Part shown: positions 1 through 12,900 of the stretch, piece after piece
Layout: each line of letters starts with the position of its first letter
How positions within the stretch are numbered: the first letter of the stretch is position 1
Source: Raillietiella orientalis
Taxonomy: Eukaryota
DNA: 64,000 bases
Direction: 5' to 3'
Assembly: GCA_036172245.1 (NCBI GenBank)
Contig: JAYWIR010000039.1
Span: forward strand, 1,426,001-1,490,000
Translations under genes and position numbers: made by a program
Notes under the pieces: generated by a model
The model's database searches: none
The model's input: the letters and a program-made list of their open reading frames with translations, nothing else
What the model was told of the DNA's origin: nothing

Positions 1-689
1 TTTTAGTAAACGCCCCAGCTTGACCAGGTGATAACGTCGATCCGCCCTCGCGGATCCCGAGCTACGTCCCGAGGAACAGCAACCACGGCCTTTCCCGTTG
101 CTCAGCCCCCGCGATCCAGCCGGATCACCTCCTTACCCCCAGGTGACCATGGCGACGTGACCTGGGAAGCCGTCTCGCGCTGTCCGGTGCCTCCTTGAGC
201 AAGGCCAGGCGACCAGGAGAGCGCGGGGAGCTTCCACAAGGCGCGACAAGCAAAAGCGCCCCGAGGATTCAGCGCCCTCCGCGCCCTCAGGGACGGTTGC
301 CGCACCTCCGCGGCCGGTAACGCCAGCGTGCAGGCTGGACGCAGCCGTCGGCAGCGACAGGTCGGACGGCGCGGGGATGGTGCGTTCCAGCGCGTGCTGC
401 ACGGAGGCTTCTCCTCGAGTCGCTGTGGTGGCGGCGGCTCCCCGCGCGAGGCGAAGTACAGGAAGAGAGCGCGCGCCCGGGGAGAGCTGGCGGGCTTTCT
501 CCTCCGCTGCAGGGGCGTCTTGAGCAAGCCAAGAAGCGTGGGAAAGCAGCAAGAAGACGGGATGGAGCGAGTCCATCCAGCACTCCCTCGCTTCGGCTCC
601 TCCAATGCCGGAGGATTGCTCCCCGAAACTCTGCCGAGGCCATCCAGCAGGAGCTCGGCGCCAAGGGACAAAGCGCGCCGTGAATTCGA

Positions 690-1110
690 TTATCGCCGAG
701 CCAGGGGATGAGAATGCGCTCTTCCGAGTGCAGGGACCGTCGATCCCGGCCGCCTCTCGTGGGCTTCCAGCTCAAGTTGCACTCCCGGAGACGAGCCAGG
801 GGGTTCCTCCGAAGGGGAGAGGAAGCGACGATCGTCTGCAGCTGCAGCCTTGCACCGCCCATCCTCCCGCCAGCCGGAAATCCGAACGCGCCGTGAGAAA
901 CCGCGCCGCATCTTTTGCCGGGAGAGTTCCCTCACCGCCGCGAGGGGGCAGCACGTGCGGCGCCTTCAAGTGGGGCTGGCGCTGAGGCGGCAAAGAGGAG
1001 GAGGTTTATAATCCGAGGCTGAGCGGATGTCCGATCTGCCCTGTGCGGCGTAACCTGCGGCGTCTGCGGGGCCGCGGTCCGTCCGGTGCTTCCAGTGTAC
1101 ATCCGGGGGG
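690..1110 (+). mobile_element. Degenerate non-LTR retrotransposon ORF1 (gag-like) relic
   Basis: Frameshifted Cys-rich knuckle-like pieces (CPIC, TCGVCGAA at ~1028-1080) in GC-rich sequence, similar in layout to the clearer ORF1 relics at 17.7-18.3 kb and 20.5-21.0 kb. No intact ORF. Confidence 0.3.
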
Positions 1111-4100
1111 AAACACTGGGCGTATTCGAGCGCAGCTTCTTAGAATCCCAGGGGACCCACTTGGACCTTACCGCCCGTCAGAGATGCCCTGAGACGGGAG
1201 GCGGAGCTGCTGGAGCGGGCATCGCTCTAGACGCGGAAACGAAAAGGAGAGCAGTGGCCTTCGGTTTGGCGGCATCTGGCGGGACTGCGTCCTTCTCGAC
1301 CTGCCTACGGGAGCGTCTCGTGAGGTCGTCACTCGAGGTCTTCGCGCCCTTCGACTCACTCTCGGACCGAGGCTGCAGTTCCCGAGAGTTCCTTCCATCA
1401 GCTAGCGGTGCTTCCGGGGTGTACCCCGGCTTCCGGTGTACATAGGCTAGCGGCTGTTCCAGCGCACAGCCTCTTCCCCAGGGTCCCCCCGCCCCTCTCC
1501 CAGCATTCCCTCGTTAAGGGATCTGCGGCGCGTCCTATGGGAAGGTCTGCCTTCCTCTGCTCCTCCCGTGAGCTTCGAGGGCCACGAGAAGCTGCCGGAG
1601 AAAGAGACGAGGGTGGATGGGGTGACGCGCGCCTTGCTAACTTTTCGTTGCGTCCCCTCTGAGGAGGAGGAGGAGGAAAGGTCAAAATTGGTTTTAGACG
1701 AGATCCCTCCCAGTGGAGATCCATGTAGCTCCCTAGCGATGGAGCAGGTGGAAGGAAAAAGAAAAAAGAAGGGAGGCATCCAGTTTTGCACCCACCCACC
1801 CTTTTTTTTTCTCGGTTGCCTCTTGGGATCGACTCCCAGTCTCCACACTCCCTGGCAGCCGTGAGACCTGAAAAATCAGCTTCCCTAATCTTCTCAATGG
1901 TTGACAGATTCCATGTAGCGCTTGGAAGCTGGCCTGCATCCCAGAGTTCTGTCGGACCGAAAACCCACGCTGGATCTGCAAGGCAAAAGCAGATGACAGA
2001 TGATGGCCGACACGCACTTCCCGCCCGCGCCAACTCCGGAGGACCATCGTGTAAGTCAGATGGAAGCAGTCAGCACCAGAAACTGGGGCTTCGGGACTGT
2101 CGTATCGCGCTGGGGACCACTCCCACGGAAAACCTCCTCGGCACCAGACCGCCACAACCCACTCACGCCTGCGCACTCGCAGACGCCACCAAGATCGGCG
2201 GTCCGCCAATTCCGCCGGCTCCAGGTGACAACGCGTGCTCGAACCCTTCTGCGCCCGCTCCACCGACCGATAAGCGGCGGCCGACCAGTTGCAGCCTAGG
2301 CGCCCCTGCAAGTAGGGATTCCCCCTCCCCCCCACACACACACACTTCAGCAGCAGGTCACAACCAATCAGGCGAACTGTGGTCAGAACTGAGGAGGAGA
2401 GAGGTCTAACTTGCACCATCTCTCCATCTTCGAGAAGCTTCTAGGAAGTGGGACCGGAGGCAACGCGCACTTCTGCCTGTCGTGGCAAACTGCATTGCCC
2501 GTCGTCAGGCATTTTCGCGAGCGCCCCCTCTGGCCCAGAGCGCCAACCTGCCGCTCGTCAAGGATGGCTGCAAAGGTGAAAACTCCTCTGCGAAGAGCAG
2601 AAAAACCGGGCGCGGGAAGAAGGAGCAGCTCAAGTTTCAGACCGCCCCGCGGCATCTTCAAAACGAGCTGGCTCAAGAAACGTGCAGCACCGCAGGCGAC
2701 TCTCGAAGATCCGCTTCCGGTTCCTTTCGAAAATTTCTCCACGCGCGGCGCACATCCTGCGCGATCTTCACTATCCGGTCATCCGGCTGAAAGAGCAATG
2801 CTGCTTCCGCAGACTCGGACGGTGCCGTCCGTCCCGGACGATGGTCCACAGCTGCGTTCAAGTACGTGACCTCACCTCACCCTACGTTGTTGCACTGCCG
2901 TCCTCCACCTCGGAGTTTTCGATTCCAGATGTGCTTTTCGACGGGTACTGCCAGACAGTCCTCTGAGCTCCTGGTTGCTCTTGGGGTCGCGGTCTCCGCG
3001 CTCCTGCAATCCGGGCTGTCCGCCCACTCCGACGATAAGTCAAGGTCATCCCAGTCTCTCTTGGACCACACATCCTTTACCGGTTGGCCCTCCGCTCTTT
3101 CCTCCCGCCTCGACGAGAGCCGGACAACCCGAAGTGGTGGCGATGGCAACGACGGATGATGACGACGATCGATGATGGAGGCGCCAGTGGTCCTTGAGAA
3201 TGCCAATGGTGCGATGACAATTGACGAAGAGAGGAGGAGGAGGAGGAGAGGTCGTTTCATCCCGGTCGATTCGATGATTCTCCCTTGCAAGATCCCCAAC
3301 GTGCTCTTCTAGAGGAAGACGGCGGTGCTGAAGACGCCCTTCTCCTTCGAACGAGCACCGCCAGTTTGCCCTCCGGGCACCTGGTCGAAGGAATCCCGTC
3401 GCCAGCCGCTGGTACCTTTGCCGAAGGCGACGCTGCCTGTCGCACCCGCGAGGAAGGGCAGCAGGAGTGGAAGAGGACCTGGGAACGCGGTTCCTCCCGA
3501 CGGTCGGCGATCGACGACGGCGAGGCTGGCTGTCCTTGCGAACATCAGTGATGCTGTTGGTTGACGGGGAGTGGAGGAAGAGGAATCTCCGGAGGCGACC
3601 AGCTGTTTGTCGACAGCACGCGGTTCACCTTTCGACTTCCGCGACGAGTTAGAGTGGTTTCCCTCTGGGCTTCTCTCGCCTCGTTGCGCGGCCAAGCGCG
3701 CGGTTCACCGAGCTGACGACAGGTAGCCGCTGCAAAAAGCGGCACTGATCCTCCCCCTCCGCACCTGCGGACTCAATCTTAGGCCGGGAGGAAAGAGGGC
3801 ACAAAGATCCGCTGGCAACTGGATCCGTTAGCACACCTGGGCGGGGAGGCATCCGCCACCGACTTTAAGACGGAGGTTCCAGTAAGGGAACCAACCCTCA
3901 GGGAGTCTCCGGAAAAAGCCGTAGGCGGCGGTGCGTCCTTGAGGAAGCGCTCCTTCCGCGAGAAGCGTCCTGTTGCCCTGACGTCTGTCCGCAGGGAAGA
4001 TGGGAGATTCCCTACGGAATGCCAGGATGCAGGAAACTCCTTGGCGGCTGGACTACGGGTTAGCTCGCTGACTTCTCTACACCCGGCACCCCTACCTCCC

Positions 4101-4319
4101 AAAGGACACTTCCGCTGGGCGGAACTCATCACCATCTCCCTTGGGAGACCTGGCGATGCCTACGGTCACAGTGACGGTGAGCAGCTTGCCCCTTCTCCAC
4201 AAACGGATGCCGAGCATTGCTGGCTGCCTCGTGTGCCGTTTGAGGAGGGATGCGACCCAGCAAGCATCTCGCCTCCAGGCTTCCCCATCGCGGGAAGTGT
4301 CTCGACCGGGAGTATCCTG

Positions 4320-4520
4320 CACCTCCCAGCTCCCCAAAGGCCGTTCCTAAGCTTCGGGATCAGCGACCCCTGGGGATCTGCGAGGTAATGTTCCGCCTCA
4401 AAGGCTTGGCGGCTACGCTTCGGGACGCCTCCTCAGGCGTCCTGACGCTGGAGAGAATCGGGATGCAGGTGGTGCAATCCAGAACGCTGACCCTTGCGCC
4501 AAGCTGCGCACTTGATCCTT
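4320..4520 (+). mobile_element. LINE reverse transcriptase N-terminal fragment
   Basis: ORF 4250..4684 contains PKAVPKLRDQRPLGICEVMFRL, resembling the non-LTR RT motif PK...(N/D)xRPIxLxxVxYKI. Confidence 0.4.
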
Positions 4521-4680
4521 TGGTGCGCCAGCACGCCTCGTCCTTCGGAGATGAGGGCTGTAGGCAGCGAAGGACCGCCCTCCTTGCTGCAGGGCTCCCG
4601 GTACAAGAAGCGGAGGTTTGGTTTCCCCCTGAAAGCAACTCGTCTCCCTCCAGGAAGTCTACCCATGGAACTCCTGCCTC

Positions 4681-7600
4681 TTGAAGAACTACAACTCATG
4701 GCGACAGGAGGCGGTTGCGCCCTGGACTGCACTCCAAGAAATGCACTCTGACGAGCTTCGTCCCCTGTGCCGCTTTCTCATCCATCCATTGGAAGCGGCG
4801 ACGCGGGACTCTGTGAAGTGGTCCTTCCCGCAGAAGTGCATAAGCCACACCTCTTGCCGCAGCGCTGTCTGCCCTGAGGGAAAGCGAAGAGGAAAGCTTC
4901 CAACCGGGGATGTAGGAGTTTCCCCTCACCACCGCAAGAAAGACAAAAACTACTTGGCGGTTGGGCGCTGGTATACGCCGCGTACCCAGGCTAAGGGGTT
5001 CCTCCGGTGAACTTCGATGTATCGCAACCTAGAAACGCGTGGTTCCTCCCCGATGTTTGAACATTCCTATGTTCCCTTTGACTTGAAAGCTGGCTGCGCT
5101 GCTTTTTCTGCACTAGGTTCCAGTGCAGTCTGCACTGGCGTCTCGTTTCCGGGGAGGGGTCGCATTCCCGGACCGTCGTGTCAGGCGAGCACCACACCTG
5201 CTGCAGACCGCCCGCACCTGCTGTAAGATGGCGGCGGCGCTCTCCACGAACCGTGGCGAAGGCCGACTTCGGCACTCCGGCGGCAGGAGGACACCGTCCG
5301 TGACCAGACGCGGTGGTGCTTCGCGCGTGGCGGACTCTCGGCTGGCGCAACGATCTCTGGCATCCAGCGCCGGCTCTGAAAAGAAGGAACGGCAGAGACC
5401 GGTAACCCCCGTCCCAACCCACCCCTTATTTATTTATTCACTGTCTCCTCCCACCTGTTCCCGACTTCGGGATGTCCCGGTGCCGGTGGACCCTCCCCTT
5501 GGGCTTCTTTTGTCTTTGGTGCGAACCAGATGGGTTACCAACTGTTTTGTTTTCTTCGAATGGATGACGAGCTGACGTAACTGGGTCAAACATTTCGTCC
5601 ATCTCGACGCGCGACTTGTGCGAGGCGGCCAACCTGTCCGGCGCCGCTGTCTGGGCTCCGGGCAACACGCCTGAAGAGAACGGCGGCGGTTGCGCCAGGT
5701 GGCGCGAGCGCTGCCGAATCCGGCCGCCGCGGCGGTCTTTCGGCACGCCGGCTGCGACTCCCCTCGGACGGACCGTTTCGCCTGGTCCACGGGAAGGTGT
5801 TGCTTGATGTGCGTTCTGGAAGCATTCCCTCACCAGGACAGGGAGCGCGGTCTCATCCAGGCTTCAGTCATCCGCAGATCTCCGGACGATCCAGTCTGCT
5901 CAGCAAAAGTGGCGCTGCCCGGGAAACCCAAAACTCCACCGAGCGAGATCTTTGGCCAGGGTTCACACATTCCGCGGGCCCTTCCAGGAGGGCTCTCGCC
6001 TCCATGGATTGCATCACGAAGAGGCAGAGTGGGGCAGCAGAGTCCTCTTCGAGTGCGAGCGTGTCTTTCGGAGAGTACTTTGAACAGCTCTCGGTTCCAG
6101 GCGGCGATATAAATATAAAGATGCTGATTATCGATTCGTACGGATCTGTGTGTTTGGCACACGTGTCCTGGTGAACACTCTCTGCTCCGATAAGCAGTTT
6201 GCAGTTTCAGTGCCAGGAAAATTCCTGGAAGATTTGTTGCAGGCGATTCCTGGGGAGCTGTCGGAACGCCGTGGGCCATCGGGCGCTCGCGGCTGTCTTT
6301 GCAGCAGATGCCTCGCTTTGCGTTTCATCTAAACGCTACCTGCAATGGGTGTGTCGCATCATAAGTAGGGTCTACCGAAGCAGGAGGTGCGCTCCGCGTT
6401 GTGCTAGAGCTTAGGATTTTCGCGCGAGTTTCTCTGACGTTTAGTCGGTCAAAATCATTTCGTGGTTTCGGATCCACCATTTTCACTGTTGAGGAAAAAA
6501 GGAAAGAGGAAGAGGAAAAAGCATCTTCTTGAGCTGGAAACGGCTAAGGGAAAGAGCGGATCTTTCGGAGCGTGAAGACCACGGGGAAATTCGAGCCATT
6601 CCAGTCACGTGATCTTTTTTTTAAAAAAAGAAAAAAAAACAGCTGAGCTGACACTTCGCTGGGAAATTGAAATTTATCGACAGCGCCGTACAAGCCTGGG
6701 CTCCAGCTGAACGAGGCTGACGTGCCGCGTCACGCGAGATCTGTCGAGATCTCCTCGCCTGCGTCGCACGGGTGACGTCTTCTTGATTTTATAATGATGT
6801 GAAAATAACCGGCTTCTCTCGGAGTCTTCCCCGTTTAAACTGAACGCGAAACGCAGTTGCGCTCCCAGAAAATCCTCCCCTCCCACCCACCCCGCAAGTA
6901 CATTGAGACGAGGAAGAGTCCCTTTCTGCCTTTGAAAACTCGCAGCGTCAACGAAAGCAAAATCACGAGATCGCTCTTAGCGGAGAAGCACTGCTGCCAA
7001 CTGCACCGGCACGGGGATGGCCCACTGAAATCACGGCGTCCCTGCAGCCGAAGGGACCTCTCGAACCCACCGAGATGGTCTTCGGAGCAGCTGTGGATTA
7101 GAATTTTCCCTCCGTGGATTAACCCTCCTGACGAGGATGCTCCGGAGGAAGAATGCCGGGATCATCCTCAACGTAGGGTTACACGACTGCCTCGATGGAT
7201 TCCAGGGAGCCCTTCGGCTGCAGGAACGTGCGGATTTCAGTGTCCAGCCCCCATGCCGGCACAGTGGCACTAGTGCTACTGCGCCAAGAGCGATCTCGTG
7301 ATTTCTCACCCGTTGTCGTGGCGAGTCTGCGCCTCATGGGAGCATCTCGTGCTCTCAGGGAATCCTGTGGGAGCAAGCGAGAGCACCCATTGAGCGCACC
7401 TCCGTGCCGAAAATTCCCGACGACGTGGCGTGTCGGCACATGGTCGTGGGTACCGAAAAGCAGAACTCGGAAGCTACGTAAAGGTCGTGCGAGACGCGGA
7501 AGGAGTCTTGAAATTGGAAGAATTTGACCCCCGCCCTCACGCCATTCCACCATTCAGACAGGATGGCACTACTGAGAGGAATCGTCACGCAACGATCACG

Positions 7601-9141
7601 TCACCTGATACTGAGATCGGGTGTGTCCGCGACGTTAAAAAGGAACGGGAGCGATCGGGTCCCGAGAGAGACGGCGGACAAGCGTCCTGATTTCTTTCGC
7701 AGGCACAGCATGCTTTGGTGGATCCTTGGGGCCACCTGGCACTCCACCGCTGCCCTGCTACGGGCACGCAGGAAACGTCTTCCTCTGTCTTTGAGCCGAG
7801 TGGTGGGAGGGACTGCGGGCTTCCTCAGGGAAGGGAGCAATGCAGAGGAACTGCCTTCCTCTCCGAAAATGTTTCCGCCCTTGCGGCGATGTTTTGAACA
7901 ACGCCTGGGTGAGCAGCTGCACACCTCCTCACCAGAAGAGCGACCAGCTGCGAAGGATTGACCTCGTGGCCGACGACACCAGCCTGAGGCAATGTGACCA
8001 TCAGCTGCGTCGAATGGTTGCCTTAGTGCAGGAGAACGTCTGGATCTACTGCCTCCCCGCTAACTGCACTGCCTGGCTTCAGGAGTCAGTTTCAGCATGG
8101 GGAAAGATCTACGACTTGAGCAGGGCGGCGTGCAACTGCCTCCGGAAATGGAAGTACGCTCTACAGCCCCTGCGGGAGATAGTATGCGACCCACTCAAAC
8201 TGCTGTGGGCCTCGTTCACCCCCCTTGTCCCAATGCTGCCCTCCCTTAAAAACGCTAGGGACAGTAATGAACTGGCAAAGTGGGAAGTGTCCTGCTGTAT
8301 CCAAGGCAGGAAAAAACTTTTAAGCGCGTGGACAACTCGGCAGCAAGCGGACGCTGAGACCCCGAGCATCTCGCCAAAAAAACCTTCTACGCTGGGGCGA
8401 GCTGCTCACGATACTTCCGGAGGAGGTGAAGTTGCCCCTAGCGTGTCGGGACAGTGGCACCCTCCCCCTGAAGTGGCAAGAGGTTGCTAGTATTGCATTG
8501 GGGAATCCCATGCAAAGCACGCCTCGATCATTGGACACGAGGGAGCGTGGATGTCAATTGTGAAAGCTGCGGAGAGAATGAGACCTTTCCTCAATTACTA
8601 GTCGACTGCATCGGCCTCCGTGCTCTTTGGAATCGACTCTCGTTGATCCTAAAAATCTTGGTAGGCGACCCTAAGAACATTTTCAGGCGCCTCTTCATTG
8701 CTTGACGCCCTGCAGCCAGCCGCATCCCTAGCAGTTCTCTGCTGTGTACGCGGAATCGCGGCAAGCAGGAACGCCAGAAGAGACCACGATGGCAGGGATG
8801 CCATCCATTGGAAGGAAATCTTCTTGAAGACCGCTTCCCGATGGCCCCAAGTGCAACTAAAGAACACAGAACTTGTGAGCATCCTGAACAGGATGCAGAG
8901 GACATCTCACAGAGAATAGCGATCGCCTCCATGTCCCTCCCTCCCCAAGAAACAGCCAAACTCCCCCCTCCCCGCTCTTTTTCTCTTTTTTGTTTGCTTG
9001 TTTTTTTTATGGCTTTCTCTCCCCCTTCGCCTCTGGAGCGGACCTCACCGGTCTGCGTACCGGTTTTGGAAAGCCTTTCGCGCGTGACAGAACCACGACA
9101 TTGTGAGAATAACGACTTTTATTATAAACTTTTATAATAAA
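4681..9141 (+). mobile_element. Degenerate L1/Tx1-like LINE ORF2 (APE endonuclease - RT - zf-RVT) with 3' end
   Basis: Motifs occur in the expected order: ALQEMH (~4725, LQETH-like), WYTP (~4970, VYAP-like), VALVLLRQERSRD (~7265, LLLLDQEKAFD-like), GSKREHPLSAP (~7370, GVRQGxPLSP-like), then LHWGIPCKARL...CESCGENETFPQLLVDC (8484-8705, zf-RVT). An AT-rich tail ends at ~9141. Many frameshifts; apparently interrupted around 6.1-6.9 kb. Confidence 0.6.
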
Positions 9142-9949
9142 TGCCCTGGCAAACCCAAGTGACAAACCTTCCCGAAGGGCCAGCAAGCGGGCAAAGCGCC
9201 CCGAAATGGACCAGCGGACGCGTGTCTATCGTCTCCGGCCACCAAGTGCCATGCGGAACACGAAGTGGTGAACATGCTAGCGTCGTGGCCAAAGCGAGGT
9301 CGCAGGCGCCTTGAATGGAAGTTGCTCCGGAAGCTGCCTCCAGCTACGGGTCGGGAAATTCGAACGTTAGCAGAAACATTGCGGGATCTGCGAACGTGGC
9401 GTATGCACAAAAGGGTTTGCTGAAGAAAGCAGACTGGGTCAAAAGCAACACGGAAATGGAAACAGGAGGGGGGATAAAAAGGAGACGTGTGAGATAATCA
9501 CGCGTTACGAATGGTGAGCGATGCGGGATTCGGCGCCGGGGAGCAAAGGGCAGCCAGCCCACGGGATGCAGGCGTCATCGATCTTCGAACGTACGAAAAA
9601 TCATGAGTCGATGGGGCTCCTGTGGAATGGATATCGGCGATCCTCTGTAACTTCGAGTCATCCAGTTTCCATCTCGTCTGCGGCTCCTCTCGATACGTCG
9701 AGTCGTCCGCGGGCAGGACGAAACTCAGAAAGCTTCACCTGACAAGCGAGCGAGGCTCTCTGAGCGACAGTGAGCAGTCCCACGCAACTTCTCAGAACGA
9801 AGACGAGCCGGGCAGTGCATTCACCGCCGCAAGACCACTTGACGCTTCGGTGAAGGATGAGCCAACGGACGTTCCAGGGGTCGAGGCAGTAAGAGGAAAG
9901 AAGGTGAGAGGCTGGTGAAGGTGCACACTATTGAACGCTTGGTTGTAAG

Positions 9950-12900
9950 AGGCACACGGATGAGCGAAAGGATGCGACTGCATGAAAGAAAGCAGTTTCT
10001 CGAGGAATGGTCGTTTCCATGGCACGCCTTGAAGTAAAAAAAAAAAAAAAATAGGCGACAGTCCGCGTCCTTCATCTTTATATATATATCTATATATACA
10101 TAAAGAAAATCCTCGAAACCTCCAGTTTCTCTTTGCCACTACCACCACCACCACTATCTTCCTCCTCTCCATCTTCCATTCCTTTATTCAAAACTTTGCT
10201 TCTCTCTCTTTGAGTTCCTCTCATTTAAAGCACTGCCACTCAAAACTTCGACTTGAAGTTTAAGAACCTGAAATGAGGAAAGATACGAGAGGATGAGTTG
10301 CAGTTTTGTGAGAGATTCAAACATCCTCATAGACGGTGCGGTTCTGAGGGAAACGCATGTGTCCTGTGTGTCGCCAAGGGTAACGGGCGTTCCGAGTTGA
10401 TACTGGTGAGATCTGTGACGTTGCGACTGGCGCTGCCTGAAAGCAGATCTGAAAGCTGCACGCGTCCCAATGATGGCGGTCTTTGTAGAAATTCCCCTAT
10501 ATGTGCAAGTCGCCGTCGCGGGAGATATCCACCTCACCAGAATAGAAAGAATAGAAAGTTACTTCGTGAGAATGAGCTATCTTTCACAGCATTTACTTCA
10601 GTACTTTGTAACCAGCCAAGTGTTCCATTGGATTTGGAAGTGCACCGCAGATCTGTTTGCAGCGTTTCCATGGATCGAACGGATCTATGAAAACGCTGCA
10701 CACTGATTCCGCGCGGGAGGTCTTTCAGGTTTATGATCATTTTTCAATAACTATCCACGAATAATGATATCCTCAAGCAACGCAAACATGCAAGAGTACC
10801 TGGAAAACCATTCAGAATCGTCCGTGCAGACTCGAAACGAAAGCAACCAGTACAAAGGAAGGAAGAGAAACCACAGAGGAAGAAAGAGGAATGGTGATTT
10901 TTGCTGTTGTTGCTGCTGCCATTGTTTTACTGTGCTCACTCCTTCACCTCATGGAGTTCAGTTCGCCTGTTGGCCACCGAAAATTCAAACCGAGATGTCT
11001 GCGTTCCAGATGCGGCCAGAGCTTGACGGTTCTCCAGGGAGGAGATGCGGCGACGACTTCATGTGGCTGGAAGGACCATGGAGGTTTGATTCTTGCAGCT
11101 GATGTCGACTGGAGACTTGGTTGTGCTGCGCTCGTGGGGCCAGCTCAGGAGCAAAAAAGCGCAACGAAGATTTTCGAGTTGGGAGAAGGCAACAGCAGCA
11201 AGCAAGAACGGCATTCACCTTGCACTGCAAAGTCTGCTAGCGAAAAATCCATTCCGACCTCAGATTTCCATCCGGACTCGGTGGAGTAAGCAGAACCATT
11301 AGATTGATTGAAACCAAGTTGTCTTCGTGTCTTCAGGAAGACAACTTGATTGGAAGATTTTGAAAAATCTTGGATGGAAAAAAAAAAAAAAAACAACGCA
11401 AAAAGGGCGGAGAAGAATGATTTAGTGATCCGCGTTCGTTTTCCTTGCATTTTGAGTGAATTTAAAAGAAAACAATTTGGTACATTGAAATAAGCAAATC
11501 CTTCCTCGTCTTGTTTCCCTGAGCTCTTCCTTCTGAAGCAGTCAGGTAGTCGTCCGACAACCTGGTAGGATTCTCAACGAGAGTTTTGCAGCAGCTCCGG
11601 CATCCTATAGGCACCGACGAGAGGCTGTTTGGATCAGCCACATCGGCGCCTTCTCTTCGCGGAGAATTTTTCAGAAAATCTTTTCCCCCCGAAAGGGAAA
11701 AGAAAAGTAGAAGAAAGATGAAATGGAAACTACGAGACGGGAACTTCGATTATGAAAAAGCCCTTTTGGATGAACCTGCCGAAAAACTGGCAGAGCACGC
11801 GAGCCCCACCATTGCAAGTGTTGCAAAGTATGACACGGACGGAACACGGCACGTGCCCGCTATGCGGGATCGGGCGCGGGGCCGTGGCAGCAGCTACAAG
11901 ACTGGAATGGGAAGAAAATCTGGAATTCGTGGCCGCGTAGGAACACAGATCGAGCCATCTCGGTGAGGGAGCACATGACTCTGTCCGCGGGAAACACACA
12001 TAAACGCCAACACAGGCCGTCTTTTTCTGTGTATGATGGATTTCTTCCTGCACGGCGGCGTCGCGACAACTGGAGCAAGTGTGTTCCCATCGTTACCGAC
12101 CACAAGGTGTTCAAGCCATGAAAATGGATATCCGGGATCCGGGATGGAGTACGATTTGGTTTCGACAGCCGACTAGCTTCATGCCTGGCATCACGGTATG
12201 AGTAGATCTGGTTGACCGACTGGCTGGCAAAAGTGCTCGCAGCACACCACGCCTGCAAGAGCGTGGAAGAAGAAGAAAAAAAGGAGGAAAACGCCCTCTC
12301 CCTTTATCTCATGTGGCACCGTGGAGAAGCACTCCTTGCGTTTGATCCAGAGAGCATCAGAGCTTGCAGAGACAAATGGTTTTGTGTGATCCCGCGCATG
12401 ATGAAGCCAGAGATCCTCGTTGTCAAGACGAGAAGCATGCGGAACTTGCTCAACCAGAAACTCGAAAAAATCTCCTAAAAAAGGAATGAAGATTGATATC
12501 GCGGAGAATCCACTGAGAAGGAAGACGAGAACGGAATTATGCAGAACGGAGAACGCAGAAAAATAAGAGAACCCAGCACGAAATCCTCTCTCAAGGAAGG
12601 CCTCTGAAGAAAAAAAAATCACACAAGGAGACCTGGATGCTGGAAATTCCTCTGCCTCTCCCGTACGTTGCAGAATCGTCCACTTCATCATGAATCATCC
12701 CGGTGAATGACGACATGATTTCGAAGCATTACTTTCGTTTCATTTTCCCGTCTCATCCTGAGAAGGCACTCTAGAAGGATGTTGCATGCAAATCCCTTTT
12801 CCGATAATGAGACGGCCAGGAGAATTTCTCGAGTCCTTTTGTTTGTTTGTTTTTCCCTTAAACCTACCGAAACAGGGTCCCCTCATTATCCAAGAAAAAT

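Noticed and set aside
6128..6414. Possible hAT C-terminal fragment inserted in the LINE
   Set aside because: Only a weak SEQRVF resemblance; not enough to call.
102..8490. Many long overlapping ORFs (e.g. 102..671, 1398..2033, 1733..2419, 7840..8490) as host genes
   Set aside because: They overlap on both strands with Arg/Pro/Ser/Gly-rich composition typical of GC-rich non-coding frames; the only recognisable motifs are broken LINE remnants.
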